Of a DNA stretch of 40,015 bases, positions 5,802 to 15,043 are shown one piece after another (positions within the stretch are counted from its first letter, which is position 1; every line of letters starts with the position of its first letter). The DNA comes from a virus. Below the pieces are notes generated by a model. It saw only the letters and a list, made by a program, of their open reading frames with translations. It searched no databases and had not been told where the DNA came from. The position numbers and the translations under genes are program-made. Location: the IMG/VR virus record IMGVR_UViG_3300045988_093525, positions 1 through 40,015 of that record. One strand, given 5' to 3'.

Positions 5802-6158
5802 ATGTCTAAACAACAATTTAAAGCACAAGCTGATATCTGTAAAAAGGCATTGGATACATTACATAAAGCAATTGAACTTGACCCTGTTAATGTCGAGGAA
5901 TACGAAGCTGGTATCGCGTATACCGAGGGTGTCATGAAAGCATCCAATGCTATTGTAAAGGCTTGTGAAATCGTAGAACCTACTAAAAAGCAAAAGGAAG
6001 AGCCTAAAGCGGAGGAAGCTGAAATTAAAAGCAAGAAAGCAAAGACTACGGCTAAAAAGTCTAAGTCTAAAGAAGAACCAGCGCCAGTGGTAGAAGTAGA
6101 GTCTGCACCTGTTGAAGAGAAGGAAGCAGAAGACCTATTCGCTATGTTTGGTGATTAA
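5802..6158 (+). CDS. Hypothetical protein with a Lys/Glu-rich tail
   Basis: 118 aa. The ATG lies 1 nt after the previous stop, with GGAGGA upstream. Confidence 0.7.
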   Translation: MSKQQFKAQADICKKALDTLHKAIELDPVNVEEYEAGIAYTEGVMKASNAIVKACEIVEPTKKQKEEPKAEEAEIKSKKAKTTAKKSKSKEEPAPVVEVESAPVEEKEAEDLFAMFGD

Positions 6159-6172
6159 AGGGGGTATTCACT

Positions 6173-7831
6173 GTGGAGATTGTATCCAGTACCTATATTC
6201 ACAAAATGTTCGATAGCGTAATCCTAGAGGCTCCTTACGGTGCGGAGTATACAACTATCTACCATATCGACTGTGGGTTTACGTTTGGAGGTAGCTGGCA
6301 ACGTAGATATTCATATCAAAATGGATATGTTACCGGTTCAAAATACTATACCTGTCCAAATTGTCGAGCTTCCTCTAATCCGTATGATCATAAAATTTAC
6401 TTTTCTATAAACGATGAGAGCGTATACCCTGTATCGACCTATGTTGAGGTTATCAATTACAAGCATTTCCTGGATTTGAAGATTCGATATCAAGCTATCC
6501 AGCTTTTCTTTGATGGCAAAAAAAATGACTTAGGGATGTGTACAGAAACATTACGATTTGACTTCAAAAAGCGTAAGGCGACATTTATTGATAGATTTAG
6601 AATCCATCATGAATTGACTGTTGATTATATCCGTGAAAACGAGATTATGCCGGTACTGAAATTCTTTGGCGATTCATACGCCATGACAGATTTTAACCGG
6701 AAGTATTTAAACAAAACATTTAAGACGTTACGTCTAATGTTTGAAAAACGGTTGAAGGAAACTTACGGATATGGAACAAAGGATGTATATGTAGCACCTG
6801 GCGCTACAGAAGAAAACGGCTACCATTTTACGATGCTACTCAATATGATTCTGAAGCTATCGGCACCTGATATGCCTAGTATTGTTAGCTTAATGAAACA
6901 ATATATGTATTGGACTAATGCTTACTGCTTATATCGATATACAAATATTCCTTTTGATGACGATGTGTTAGTGGCTACAAGAAAAGGTATGAACTTTCAA
7001 GCAGCGCTTAGACAATCATATAAGGCTCCTAACAGTAGAGCCTTGCGAAAACGTATGGTTGATGATCCGTTAAGCGTATACATGTCAGATGTATTAAATC
7101 TATTTAGTGATGAAAATTGCAGGCGCACTATTCTTACATTAAAGCGTACTAGAGCTAATGACACAGATCCATATTTTGGTAAAGCTCATAATGCTAATGA
7201 TGTACGTAAGGCGATGAGGCTAAAAAGCCCACATGCAACGTTTATGTGGCAACAACTAATTAAACGGTGCGGTGAACCTACTATATTGCGATGGCTACTA
7301 AGTGAGAATATTCGTGATATAGAAGACTGTGTGGATATGCATGCAAAACTCGAACCAAAATATCAAGAGGCATTATGGAAGAAACGATTCAAGTTGAAGA
7401 ACTTCCATGACGAAGTAATCAACATATTCAACAAGCAGGAATATGGAGATGTAATATTGCCTGCTCAACCTCAATTACAAGCTGATATGAATGGGATGCA
7501 CTTTATGGTGCCAAAGACTGCAGCTGATTTAATGACATATGGAAAGCGATTGAAGAACTGTGTAGGTTCATATCGTGACCGTGTTATTCAAGGGCAAGCA
7601 GCGATTGTGGTTGTCACGGATGATGACATGAATCCTATTGCATGCTTAGAACTAGCCACTGGTAATAAGGTTAAAAAGGGTCAACCTAAATTTAATCATC
7701 TAGTACAAGCGAAGTTATTCGCGAATGCACAACTAAAAAAAGACAATAAAATTCACTCTACAGTGATGAAATGGGCCAATCGTTTAAAAATCGAACCTCA
7801 TACCATTGATGTGGACGCTAATGTTGTATAG
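6173..7831 (+). CDS. PcfJ-like protein
   Basis: 552 aa, GTG start after AAGGGGG. The C-terminal YGKRLKNCVGSYRDRVIQGQAAIVVV...ACLEL resembles the PcfJ-domain core (x-NCV-x-x-Y...G...I). An N-terminal CPNC motif is present. Confidence 0.5.
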   Translation: MEIVSSTYIHKMFDSVILEAPYGAEYTTIYHIDCGFTFGGSWQRRYSYQNGYVTGSKYYTCPNCRASSNPYDHKIYFSINDESVYPVSTYVEVINYKHFLDLKIRYQAIQLFFDGKKNDLGMCTETLRFDFKKRKATFIDRFRIHHELTVDYIRENEIMPVLKFFGDSYAMTDFNRKYLNKTFKTLRLMFEKRLKETYGYGTKDVYVAPGATEENGYHFTMLLNMILKLSAPDMPSIVSLMKQYMYWTNAYCLYRYTNIPFDDDVLVATRKGMNFQAALRQSYKAPNSRALRKRMVDDPLSVYMSDVLNLFSDENCRRTILTLKRTRANDTDPYFGKAHNANDVRKAMRLKSPHATFMWQQLIKRCGEPTILRWLLSENIRDIEDCVDMHAKLEPKYQEALWKKRFKLKNFHDEVINIFNKQEYGDVILPAQPQLQADMNGMHFMVPKTAADLMTYGKRLKNCVGSYRDRVIQGQAAIVVVTDDDMNPIACLELATGNKVKKGQPKFNHLVQAKLFANAQLKKDNKIHSTVMKWANRLKIEPHTIDVDANVV

Positions 7832-7840
7832 GAGATCACT

Positions 7841-9772
7841 ATGAAACTCACAAAATTAGAATTACTAAATTTTAAAGGCTTGAAAGCCTTTACTATAAAT
7901 TTCAACGGTGATGTTATTATCCGTGGGGATAATGCTACCGGCAAGACGACTGTATTTGACTCCGTATGTTGGTTGCTATTTGGCAAAGATAGCCTGGATA
8001 GAGCTGATTTTGAAATTAAAACTATTGAAGCTGGTGAACCTATCCCTAAAGTTAATCACGAAGTCACAGGCACTTTTACATTGGATGAAGGAGGCACTGT
8101 TGAATTAAAGCGGGTGTACCGGGAGAAGTACTCATCTCCTCGTGGTGGTGAAGTAACAATGACAGGTCATACGACAGATTATTTTGTCGATGGCGTTCCT
8201 AAAAAAGAAAAGGAATATAAGGAAATTGTAAATTCTCTCATCGACGAGAATATATTTAAGTTGATTACGAACCCTCTATATTTTAATGAGACATACTCCT
8301 GGCAGAATCGCAGGGAGCTCCTCCTTGAAATGTGCGGAGATATATCAGATGAGGATGTTATTGCAGAATATAGTGAGCTAAAAGCATTGACTGATATCTT
8401 ATCCGGCCATAGTGTAGACGATCATCGAAAGGTAGTAGCTGCTAAGAAAACCGCCATCAATAAAGAGCTGGATATGATTCCAGTTCGAATTGATGAGGCC
8501 TTGCGCGGGAAACCTACCATTGATACTCCTCGAGACGTTCTTATTCAGGAGATTAGCTTAGCAACTACAACGCTAGAAACTCTAGAGGCGGACAAAGCAT
8601 TATTAGTGAATGGACATGCGGTTGTTGATACTAGAGCGGAGCTTAGAGATGTACAACGTCGATTGATGGCTCGTGAAAGTGAACTGCAGATGGAATATAA
8701 AAAACAATCTGCATTAAAGTCGAATGAATACGATATGGTTGTATCTGAACTTAACAATCTATCTTCTAAGGTTGAGAACACTAAGCATCGTCTTAATACA
8801 TCCAATAGGGATATTCAGCGTATCGAGAGCGTTATTAACGAGCTAATGCATCAACGTCAGCAGGTCAACGAGGATGCATTTGTAATGGATATCGATGAGA
8901 ATTGTCCGACATGTGGACAAAAGCTTCCTGCAGAGCAAATTCAAGTCGCGCGTGAAAAAGCTGAAACGAATTTTAATCTTAGAAAATCTAAGCGATTAGA
9001 AGAAATTAATCAGTCTATTGAACTGAAGCAACAAGACATTGAGAATATTAAAAAGAGAGATGCCAGCTTAGAGCCTGTTGAAACATTAGAGGCCCTTATT
9101 AAGGCGAAAGAACTCGTCAAACAAACAATAACTGATGAGATTGGAACGCTAACAGCGCCGGTACTTGATGATGATTCTATATATGCTGATTTAAAAACAG
9201 AAGAGTTTATGTTGCAGATGAAACTCGATGAATCTAACACTGATCACTCTGAAGAGCTTGCAGACATAGACAAACGTATTGCTGCAACGAAAGAACACCG
9301 CATTAACCTTGAAACTGAATTGAATAAATACGAAGAGGCTAAACGGATTGATACTCGTGTAGCAGAGCTAGAAAGTCAACAGGCTGAATTAGCAGCAGAA
9401 AAATCAAAGCTCGATGAAGCATCTTATTTGATGGATGAATTCATTAAAGCAAAAGTGAATATGCTAGAGGATGTCATTAACTCGAGATTCAAGTTAGCGC
9501 GATTCAAGATGTTTAATGTTATGTTGAACGGCAACGTTGAGGAATGTTGCGAAACCACCTATAAAGGGGTTCCGTATCGCAGCATGAATAACGCTGCACG
9601 TATTAATATAGGCCTTGATATCATTAACGCACTAACTAGCTATTTTAAAGTAAACGCTCCGGTGTTTATTGATAACGCTGAAGCGGTGACTGAGTTTGTT
9701 CCTGTAAATAGTCAAACCATTAAGCTCATTGTTGATGAATCAGAACCACAATTAGTGGTTAAGGAGGTGTAG
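7841..9772 (+). CDS. Rad50/SbcC-like AAA ATPase with coiled coil and CxxC zinc hook
   Basis: 643 aa. N-terminal Walker A (RGDNATGKTTVFDSV). A long coiled coil carries a central ENCPTCGQ hook-like motif. The C-terminus has signature/Walker B-like FIDNAEA. Confidence 0.8.
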   Translation: MKLTKLELLNFKGLKAFTINFNGDVIIRGDNATGKTTVFDSVCWLLFGKDSLDRADFEIKTIEAGEPIPKVNHEVTGTFTLDEGGTVELKRVYREKYSSPRGGEVTMTGHTTDYFVDGVPKKEKEYKEIVNSLIDENIFKLITNPLYFNETYSWQNRRELLLEMCGDISDEDVIAEYSELKALTDILSGHSVDDHRKVVAAKKTAINKELDMIPVRIDEALRGKPTIDTPRDVLIQEISLATTTLETLEADKALLVNGHAVVDTRAELRDVQRRLMARESELQMEYKKQSALKSNEYDMVVSELNNLSSKVENTKHRLNTSNRDIQRIESVINELMHQRQQVNEDAFVMDIDENCPTCGQKLPAEQIQVAREKAETNFNLRKSKRLEEINQSIELKQQDIENIKKRDASLEPVETLEALIKAKELVKQTITDEIGTLTAPVLDDDSIYADLKTEEFMLQMKLDESNTDHSEELADIDKRIAATKEHRINLETELNKYEEAKRIDTRVAELESQQAELAAEKSKLDEASYLMDEFIKAKVNMLEDVINSRFKLARFKMFNVMLNGNVEECCETTYKGVPYRSMNNAARINIGLDIINALTSYFKVNAPVFIDNAEAVTEFVPVNSQTIKLIVDESEPQLVVKEV

Positions 9773-9774
9773 AT

Positions 9775-10542
9775 ATGGACGAATTGCAAGTTTTCAATAA
9801 CATTTCTTTTGGGCAAGTTAGAGTCCAGGAGTTAGACAATGAAGTATGGTTTGTAGCAAAAGATGTATGCGAATGTTTAGGGATTAATGATACGTCTAAA
9901 GCTGTAGGGCGTTTAGATGAAGATGAAAAGGGTACGAATTCAATTCCTACCCCTGGAGGCAATCAGAATTTATTGACTGTAAATGAATATGGGCTATATA
10001 GCTTGGTGCTTTCAAGTCGAAAACCTGAAGCCAAAGAATTCAAACGTTGGATTACGCATGATGTAATCCCTGCTATTAGAAAAACCGGTTCTTATTCTAT
10101 GGTGATTCCTCAGACATTGCCTGAAGCTCTTAGAGCATATGCCGATGAGGTAGAATCACATAATGCAACGAAAGCCATTGTAGCACAACAAGAACAGCAG
10201 ATTGCGGAGTTTAAACCCGTTAAGGATTACGTAGATAAAATTCTCTCAAGTAAATCCTGTTTAGCGATTACTCAAATTGCAGCTGACTATGGTCTTAGTG
10301 CTCAAGAGTTAAATAAAATTTTGCATGAAGCTGGTCTACAACGTAAGGTCGGTGATCAATGGATTCTGTACAAGCAACATATGGCTAAAGGTTTTACTAA
10401 ATCAGAAACCTTTACATTCTGCAGAAGTGATGGGCGCTTAGATTCTAAAATCACGACTAAGTGGACGCAAAAAGGGCGCTTAGAAATTCATAGTATCTTA
10501 ACTAAATTAAACATACACGCTGTATGTGAAGACGTAGCATAG
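9775..10542 (+). CDS. Bro-N / KilAC (ANT) family antirepressor-like protein
   Basis: 255 aa. The N-terminal FGQVRVQELDNEVWFVAKDVCECLGI...EYGLYSLVLSSRKPEAKEFKRWITHDVIPAIRKTG is a typical Bro-N domain. The C-terminus matches a phage antirepressor KilAC-type domain. Confidence 0.85.
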   Translation: MDELQVFNNISFGQVRVQELDNEVWFVAKDVCECLGINDTSKAVGRLDEDEKGTNSIPTPGGNQNLLTVNEYGLYSLVLSSRKPEAKEFKRWITHDVIPAIRKTGSYSMVIPQTLPEALRAYADEVESHNATKAIVAQQEQQIAEFKPVKDYVDKILSSKSCLAITQIAADYGLSAQELNKILHEAGLQRKVGDQWILYKQHMAKGFTKSETFTFCRSDGRLDSKITTKWTQKGRLEIHSILTKLNIHAVCEDVA

Positions 10543-10552
10543 GAGGCACACA

Positions 10553-11431
10553 ATGGGAGAAATTGCGAAAGCACAAACACAATTACAAACTCAATCATTG
10601 AAGACTTTAGTATCGAGCGAGTCTATAAAAAAACGATTCAATGAAATACTAGGGAAGAAGTCAGCAGCATTTGTATCTAGTTTGATTTCTGTTTCTAATA
10701 ACAATGAACTCTTAACTAAGGCAGACCCTACGACTGTAGTTACTGCTGGTATTATGGCAGCTACACTAGACCTTCCTATTAATCAAAATTTAGGCTTCGC
10801 TTATATTGTTCCATTTTATAATGGCAAAAAGAAAATTTATGAAGCCCAATTTCAAATGGGATACAAAGGGTATATTCAGCTAGCCATTAGAGCTGGCAAA
10901 TACAAAAAGATTAATGCCATTAAAATCTATGAAGGTGAAATAAAGAAACGGAATCGACTAACAGGTGAATTCGAATTAGGGGACCCTACCGGGGATGATG
11001 TTGTTGGATATATGGCCTATTTCCGATTAGAGAATGGGTATGAACAATACCTATACATGACTAAAGAAGAAATGGAAGCACATGCTAAAAAGTACTCTCA
11101 AACTTATAAAAAAGGTTTTGGACTTTGGAAAACTGACTTTGATGCGATGGCTATTAAAACCGTACTTAAACAGTTGCTAAGCAAATATGGTATTTTGTCT
11201 GTTGAAATGCAGAATATGGCGAACGCTCTCGCTTCAGATGGCGCTGTTATTCGCGATAATGATGGTGAACTCACACCTGATTTTGAAGGAGAAACCATCG
11301 ACGTTCAATCTGATGTGGCTGAAACTATTGCTAATAACGCAAATTCAGAAACGATTGATATTGAACCTACTCCTACAAGTGAATTCGTAGATCCTGAAAC
11401 AGGCGAAGTCGTCCATATGTTTGGTGATTAA
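10553..11431 (+). CDS. recT: RecT-family single-strand annealing recombinase
   Basis: 292 aa. LGFAYIVPFYNGKKKIYEAQFQMGYKGYIQLAIRAGKY matches the RecT core. The C-terminal tail is acidic. Confidence 0.85.
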   Translation: MGEIAKAQTQLQTQSLKTLVSSESIKKRFNEILGKKSAAFVSSLISVSNNNELLTKADPTTVVTAGIMAATLDLPINQNLGFAYIVPFYNGKKKIYEAQFQMGYKGYIQLAIRAGKYKKINAIKIYEGEIKKRNRLTGEFELGDPTGDDVVGYMAYFRLENGYEQYLYMTKEEMEAHAKKYSQTYKKGFGLWKTDFDAMAIKTVLKQLLSKYGILSVEMQNMANALASDGAVIRDNDGELTPDFEGETIDVQSDVAETIANNANSETIDIEPTPTSEFVDPETGEVVHMFGD

Positions 11432-11433
11432 TT

Positions 11434-12156
11434 GTGATTAGTATTCAAGCATTCGGTAGTAGCTCAAAAGGGAACTGCTACCGAATCAAAACCTCAACTA
11501 ATGGGGATGAATTATTACTAGATGCAGGATTAGCATTTAAAGACATACAGCGCTATTGTCGATTTAATTTTGTGCATCTATGCGGTGTATTAGTGACTCA
11601 TCAACATGGCGACCATTGCAAGGCCGTACCTGACTTATTAAAACTCGGACATCGCGTGTACATGCTAAAAGACACGGCTGAGGCTATCTATGTTGCCGGA
11701 CATCATAAAGTGGTTTATATAACGCCTAAGATTCAATTTTCTGTTGGTAATTTTACTATCTTACCATTCGAATTAGAGCATGATGTTCCGAATGTTGGGT
11801 TTTTAATTTCCGATGGTGAAGAGAAACTCTTATATATTACCGACACCTATTATTGCCGGTACACATTTAAAGATGTGAATCATATCATGGTCGAGTGTAA
11901 TCATTCATATGAAATCCTAAACCAACGCGTTGACGATGGATGCCTACATGAGAAACGTATGGAACGATTAATTCAATCCCATTTTTCGTTAGAGAATGTT
12001 ATTAAATTTCTAAAGTCTATGGACCTTACCAAGTGCCAGGACATTCGTCTACTTCATTTATCTGATGAAAACTCCGATGCAGCTTTGTTTAAACAAGCTG
12101 TTGAAGCCGCTACCGGTAAATATGTAGTCGTAGAACAAGAAAGGAGTCCATTATGA
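11434..12156 (+). CDS. MBL-fold metallo-hydrolase
   Basis: 240 aa, GTG start. HxHxDH motif (VTHQHGDHC) plus downstream His/Asp ligands. It lies immediately after recT. Confidence 0.85.
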   Translation: MISIQAFGSSSKGNCYRIKTSTNGDELLLDAGLAFKDIQRYCRFNFVHLCGVLVTHQHGDHCKAVPDLLKLGHRVYMLKDTAEAIYVAGHHKVVYITPKIQFSVGNFTILPFELEHDVPNVGFLISDGEEKLLYITDTYYCRYTFKDVNHIMVECNHSYEILNQRVDDGCLHEKRMERLIQSHFSLENVIKFLKSMDLTKCQDIRLLHLSDENSDAALFKQAVEAATGKYVVVEQERSPL

Positions 12157-12557
12157 TTGTTAAATCGATTCAAATTACAGATAACGATATCAATATCGCC
12201 TATCAGAAACCATCTGCTACAGGCTTGACAGATGTCTTTACCATTAAATCTAAAGATGATCCACGACCTGAACTTATGCAAGCTTTCAGCCGACTACAGG
12301 CTATTATGAAAAAGAACTTTGAATTCCTGGAGGAGTTTAACATCCCGTTTGTCGTACGGTCATTCAAGTTTAAATATGGCGTTATCGAGGATGTGGTGGA
12401 GAAAGTCAGCGTTGAAGGCATTATACAAGATGCAAACTCTACTGATGAACTGAAATTCAAAACTGATTGGTTGCCGGTAGAGTATGCAGATCGTACATTT
12501 GCTATTTCAGTGCAAGACTTAATTGATGAATGTGTAAGGTTTATTGCTGGTAAGTAA
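12153..12557 (+). CDS. Hypothetical protein
   Basis: 134 aa. ATGA overlap with the MBL gene stop, AAAGGAG RBS. Confidence 0.7.
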   Translation: MIVKSIQITDNDINIAYQKPSATGLTDVFTIKSKDDPRPELMQAFSRLQAIMKKNFEFLEEFNIPFVVRSFKFKYGVIEDVVEKVSVEGIIQDANSTDELKFKTDWLPVEYADRTFAISVQDLIDECVRFIAGK

Positions 12558-12597
12558 ACGTGCACAAGGTGCTTTATTTGCAGACGAGGAGTAATAG

Positions 12598-13515
12598 ATG
12601 GCTAAGGATGTATATTACTTCAGCCACGATGTAAATGCCAGTAATGATCCTAAGATAGTAGCAATGGAATCGCAGTTCGGAGTTATTTCATATGCGTGGT
12701 GGTGGAAATTAATTGAAAAGCTAGCTTCATCTGATGACTATAAATTGCCTTTCAAGAAATATACATTCATCGCTCTTGATAAAGAATTAGGAATTCTGAA
12801 CGAAAACGAACGACCGTTCAACGAAAACGAACGACCGTTCAACGAAAACGAACATAACTTTTTTTGTTCGAACGAGTCGTTTTTGTTCATAAATTCGTTA
12901 ATTTATGATTTTGAATTGCTTGAGTGTGATGACGAGTATTTTTGGTCTCCTAGTTTAATTCGTAGACAAGAAGAACGAAGAAGTAAATTTGAAAAAAAGC
13001 AGGAACAGCGTAGGCTCGCAGGCATTAAAAGTGGTGAAGCTCGTAGAAAAAAGGAACAAAATCGAACGGTCGTTCAACGAACTTCAACGGTCGTTGAACA
13101 AAACGAACAAAAGGAAAGGAAAGGAAAGGAAATTAATAATATAGAGAGAGATATGCGCGCGCGCGAAGATGAAAATCCTCTATCTATGTTTGATGATGAT
13201 GAAACAAAAAATAAACCCATTTACGATTTGTACATGAAGGCAATCGGAGATGTATCACCTGTCATTAAAGACCGGTTAGATGATCTGGTTGAGTCTTATG
13301 GCAAAGAACGAGTCATTGTTGCTATTAATACCACAGCTGATAATGGCGGTAATAGTATCAAGTATGTTGAAACTGTCACGGCAGGGAATCTAAAGAAGGA
13401 GGTGCAAAAAGATTTTGGAGCAAGTAAACATAACGGAAATGCTAGAAACGTTTCTCGAAAAAAGGAAGAAGTCGACTGGCAAGCAGAATACGAGAGAGTC
13501 CATGGTAAAGGATGA
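12598..13515 (+). CDS. Replisome organiser: DUF4373 (Lin1244/Lin1753-like) N-domain plus DnaD-like C-domain
   Basis: 305 aa. The N-terminal YYFSHDVNASNDPKIVAMESQFGVISYAWWWKLIEKL is typical of DUF4373. The C-terminal region matches phage DnaD-like domains. The gene contains internal iterons. Confidence 0.8.
   Translation: MAKDVYYFSHDVNASNDPKIVAMESQFGVISYAWWWKLIEKLASSDDYKLPFKKYTFIALDKELGILNENERPFNENERPFNENEHNFFCSNESFLFINSLIYDFELLECDDEYFWSPSLIRRQEERRSKFEKKQEQRRLAGIKSGEARRKKEQNRTVVQRTSTVVEQNEQKERKGKEINNIERDMRAREDENPLSMFDDDETKNKPIYDLYMKAIGDVSPVIKDRLDDLVESYGKERVIVAINTTADNGGNSIKYVETVTAGNLKKEVQKDFGASKHNGNARNVSRKKEEVDWQAEYERVHGKG
12799..13095. repeat. Iteron cluster (probable phage ori) inside the organiser gene
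   Basis: The 21-bp unit aacgaaaacgaacgaccgttc occurs 2.6 times in tandem (12799-12853). An AT-rich stretch with degenerate inverted copies spans 12853-12920. The exact reverse-complement 12-mer GAACGGTCGTTC is at 13063-13074, and CAACGGTCGTTG at 13084-13095. Confidence 0.7.
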
Positions 13516-14140
13516 GTTCTTTTATCCTGTTTATGATGAGCCTGTAGTGATTAAGAGTGATGTCAATGGGGACTATGCTGCTGTTGGTATCCCTCGGCGA
13601 TACTATGACATGGATTTTGAGTGGTTACGTAAACATGGCAGCTTTCCTAAAGAAAATTCAGAAGCATATGCTGTAGTAAAACATTATGTGGATAACTTAG
13701 AGGCAAATCTTAAAAGTGGCAAAGGATTGATTTTAAGGGGCCCTGCTGGCACTGGAAAGACTTCTATAGCAGTTAGTATTCTGAAAGAGGTTCTAGCGCT
13801 AAACCGGGGCTGTATGATGATTTCTATGCCTAGTCTATTGGACATTATGCTCACATTATCTAGGGGTGATAGAGTTGCGTTTTTAAATTATGAACAAAAG
13901 CTCAGGAATATTCCGCTGTTGCTGTTAGATGATTTTGGAGCGGAGTATTCTAAATCTGATTGGGTGCACACAAAAGTTGAAAGCATTATTATTGGCCGAT
14001 ACCATGATATGAAGCCAGTTATACTGACAACTAATTATAATAACGACCAAACAAAAGACCATTATAGCGAACGAGTGATTGATAGATTACGTGGCAAAGA
14101 TTATGAAGAGGCTATATTTTGGGGAGACTCGCACCGATGA
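13415..14140 (+). CDS. DnaC/IstB-like AAA+ helicase loader
   Basis: Walker A LRGPAGTGKTS and Walker B LLLLDDFGAE. The start is uncertain. TTG 13415 (AAGGAGGTG 12 nt upstream) would overlap the preceding gene by 101 nt. ATG 13502 is the alternative. Confidence 0.85.
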   Translation: MEQVNITEMLETFLEKRKKSTGKQNTRESMVKDEFFYPVYDEPVVIKSDVNGDYAAVGIPRRYYDMDFEWLRKHGSFPKENSEAYAVVKHYVDNLEANLKSGKGLILRGPAGTGKTSIAVSILKEVLALNRGCMMISMPSLLDIMLTLSRGDRVAFLNYEQKLRNIPLLLLDDFGAEYSKSDWVHTKVESIIIGRYHDMKPVILTTNYNNDQTKDHYSERVIDRLRGKDYEEAIFWGDSHR

Positions 14141-14535
14141 AGATTATCCTACGTTGTCAGTTTCGATTTAGAAAGAAAACCCATGATAGATTCCCAACAC
14201 TGAATGAGTACATTGACTGTGAGCGTGGTTCGACAATTGCTGCGGCAGCAATGAAGAAAAAATGCACAGAGCAGGTAAGGGTGCAATGCATCGAGCAAAG
14301 CATACCTCCTGTTGCTGGCAAGGTAGACTTATTGTTTGAATGGCATTCATCAACTAGACATGATCCGGATAATGTGGATTTTGCCAAGAAGTTTATTTTA
14401 GATGGATTGCAATTAGCTGGTGTACTAGAAAACGATAACAGGAAATTCATAGGAACGATGGCCGATGAAATCATAACTGATACAGAAAATTATGTGATTC
14501 TACATCTTTCAGAGCATATGAGTATATTCCTGTAG
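14137..14535 (+). CDS. rusA: RusA-like Holliday junction resolvase
   Basis: ATG 14137 overlaps the previous stop (ATGA). HDPDNVDFAKKFILDGLQLAGVLENDNRKFI resembles the RusA D-x-D-N...K...D-x-L core. Confidence 0.65.
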   Translation: MKIILRCQFRFRKKTHDRFPTLNEYIDCERGSTIAAAAMKKKCTEQVRVQCIEQSIPPVAGKVDLLFEWHSSTRHDPDNVDFAKKFILDGLQLAGVLENDNRKFIGTMADEIITDTENYVILHLSEHMSIFL

Positions 14536-14637
14536 TAATAAATGCCTCTAGGATTGAAATATTGGTGCCTAGACGGCGTTTTAAAATATTATGCAATAAA
14601 AACCATTACGAGCTATTTTTAAACGAACGGAGAGCGA

Positions 14638-14970
14638 ATGAGGAAAAGATTAGTATATGTGGCTCATCCTTATGGGGGTGAGAAGAGCAACAAAGAAAAA
14701 ATAGATATGATTATGAGTGAGTTGGTGTTAAGTGATACAAATCATGATTATGTATCGCCAATTCACAATTACGGATTTATGTATTTAACTGGTGATGATT
14801 ACCAGAAGGGCTTAGACATATGTTTAGGCCTACTGAATCATTGTGACGTGTTAATATTGTGTCCTGGTTGGGAAAATAGCCGGGGGTGCAATGGTGAGTA
14901 CGAATATGCTCAAAAGCATGGTAAGGCGATATTCACGTTAGATGAATGGAAAGCCATGAACATAATTTAA
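14638..14970 (+). CDS. Nucleoside 2-deoxyribosyltransferase-fold (DUF4406-like) protein
   Basis: 110 aa. LVYVAHPYGG near the N-terminus and CPGWENSRGCNGEYEYAQKHGKAIF near the C-terminus fit the small NDT-like family pattern. Confidence 0.5.
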   Translation: MRKRLVYVAHPYGGEKSNKEKIDMIMSELVLSDTNHDYVSPIHNYGFMYLTGDDYQKGLDICLGLLNHCDVLILCPGWENSRGCNGEYEYAQKHGKAIFTLDEWKAMNII

Positions 14971-15043
14971 TTTTTGGTTAGATACTTCTTTTGAAGTTGG
15001 TAAACACACAATTCGGACTAAACTACAAATTAAAAAGGGGGAG

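Noticed and set aside
12799-12853. Tandem repeats considered as a possible mini-CRISPR array (also 24670-24741)
   Set aside because: The units are directly adjacent with no spacers, and they lie in-frame inside CDSs. The first set fits replication iterons and the second a coding tandem repeat. No cas genes are present.
13155-13166. Alternating GC run as a stand-alone Z-DNA regulatory element
   Set aside because: It is only ~11-12 bp long and in-frame within the organiser gene (codes R-A-R). It is noted as part of the ori-proximal simple-repeat cluster rather than as an independent feature.
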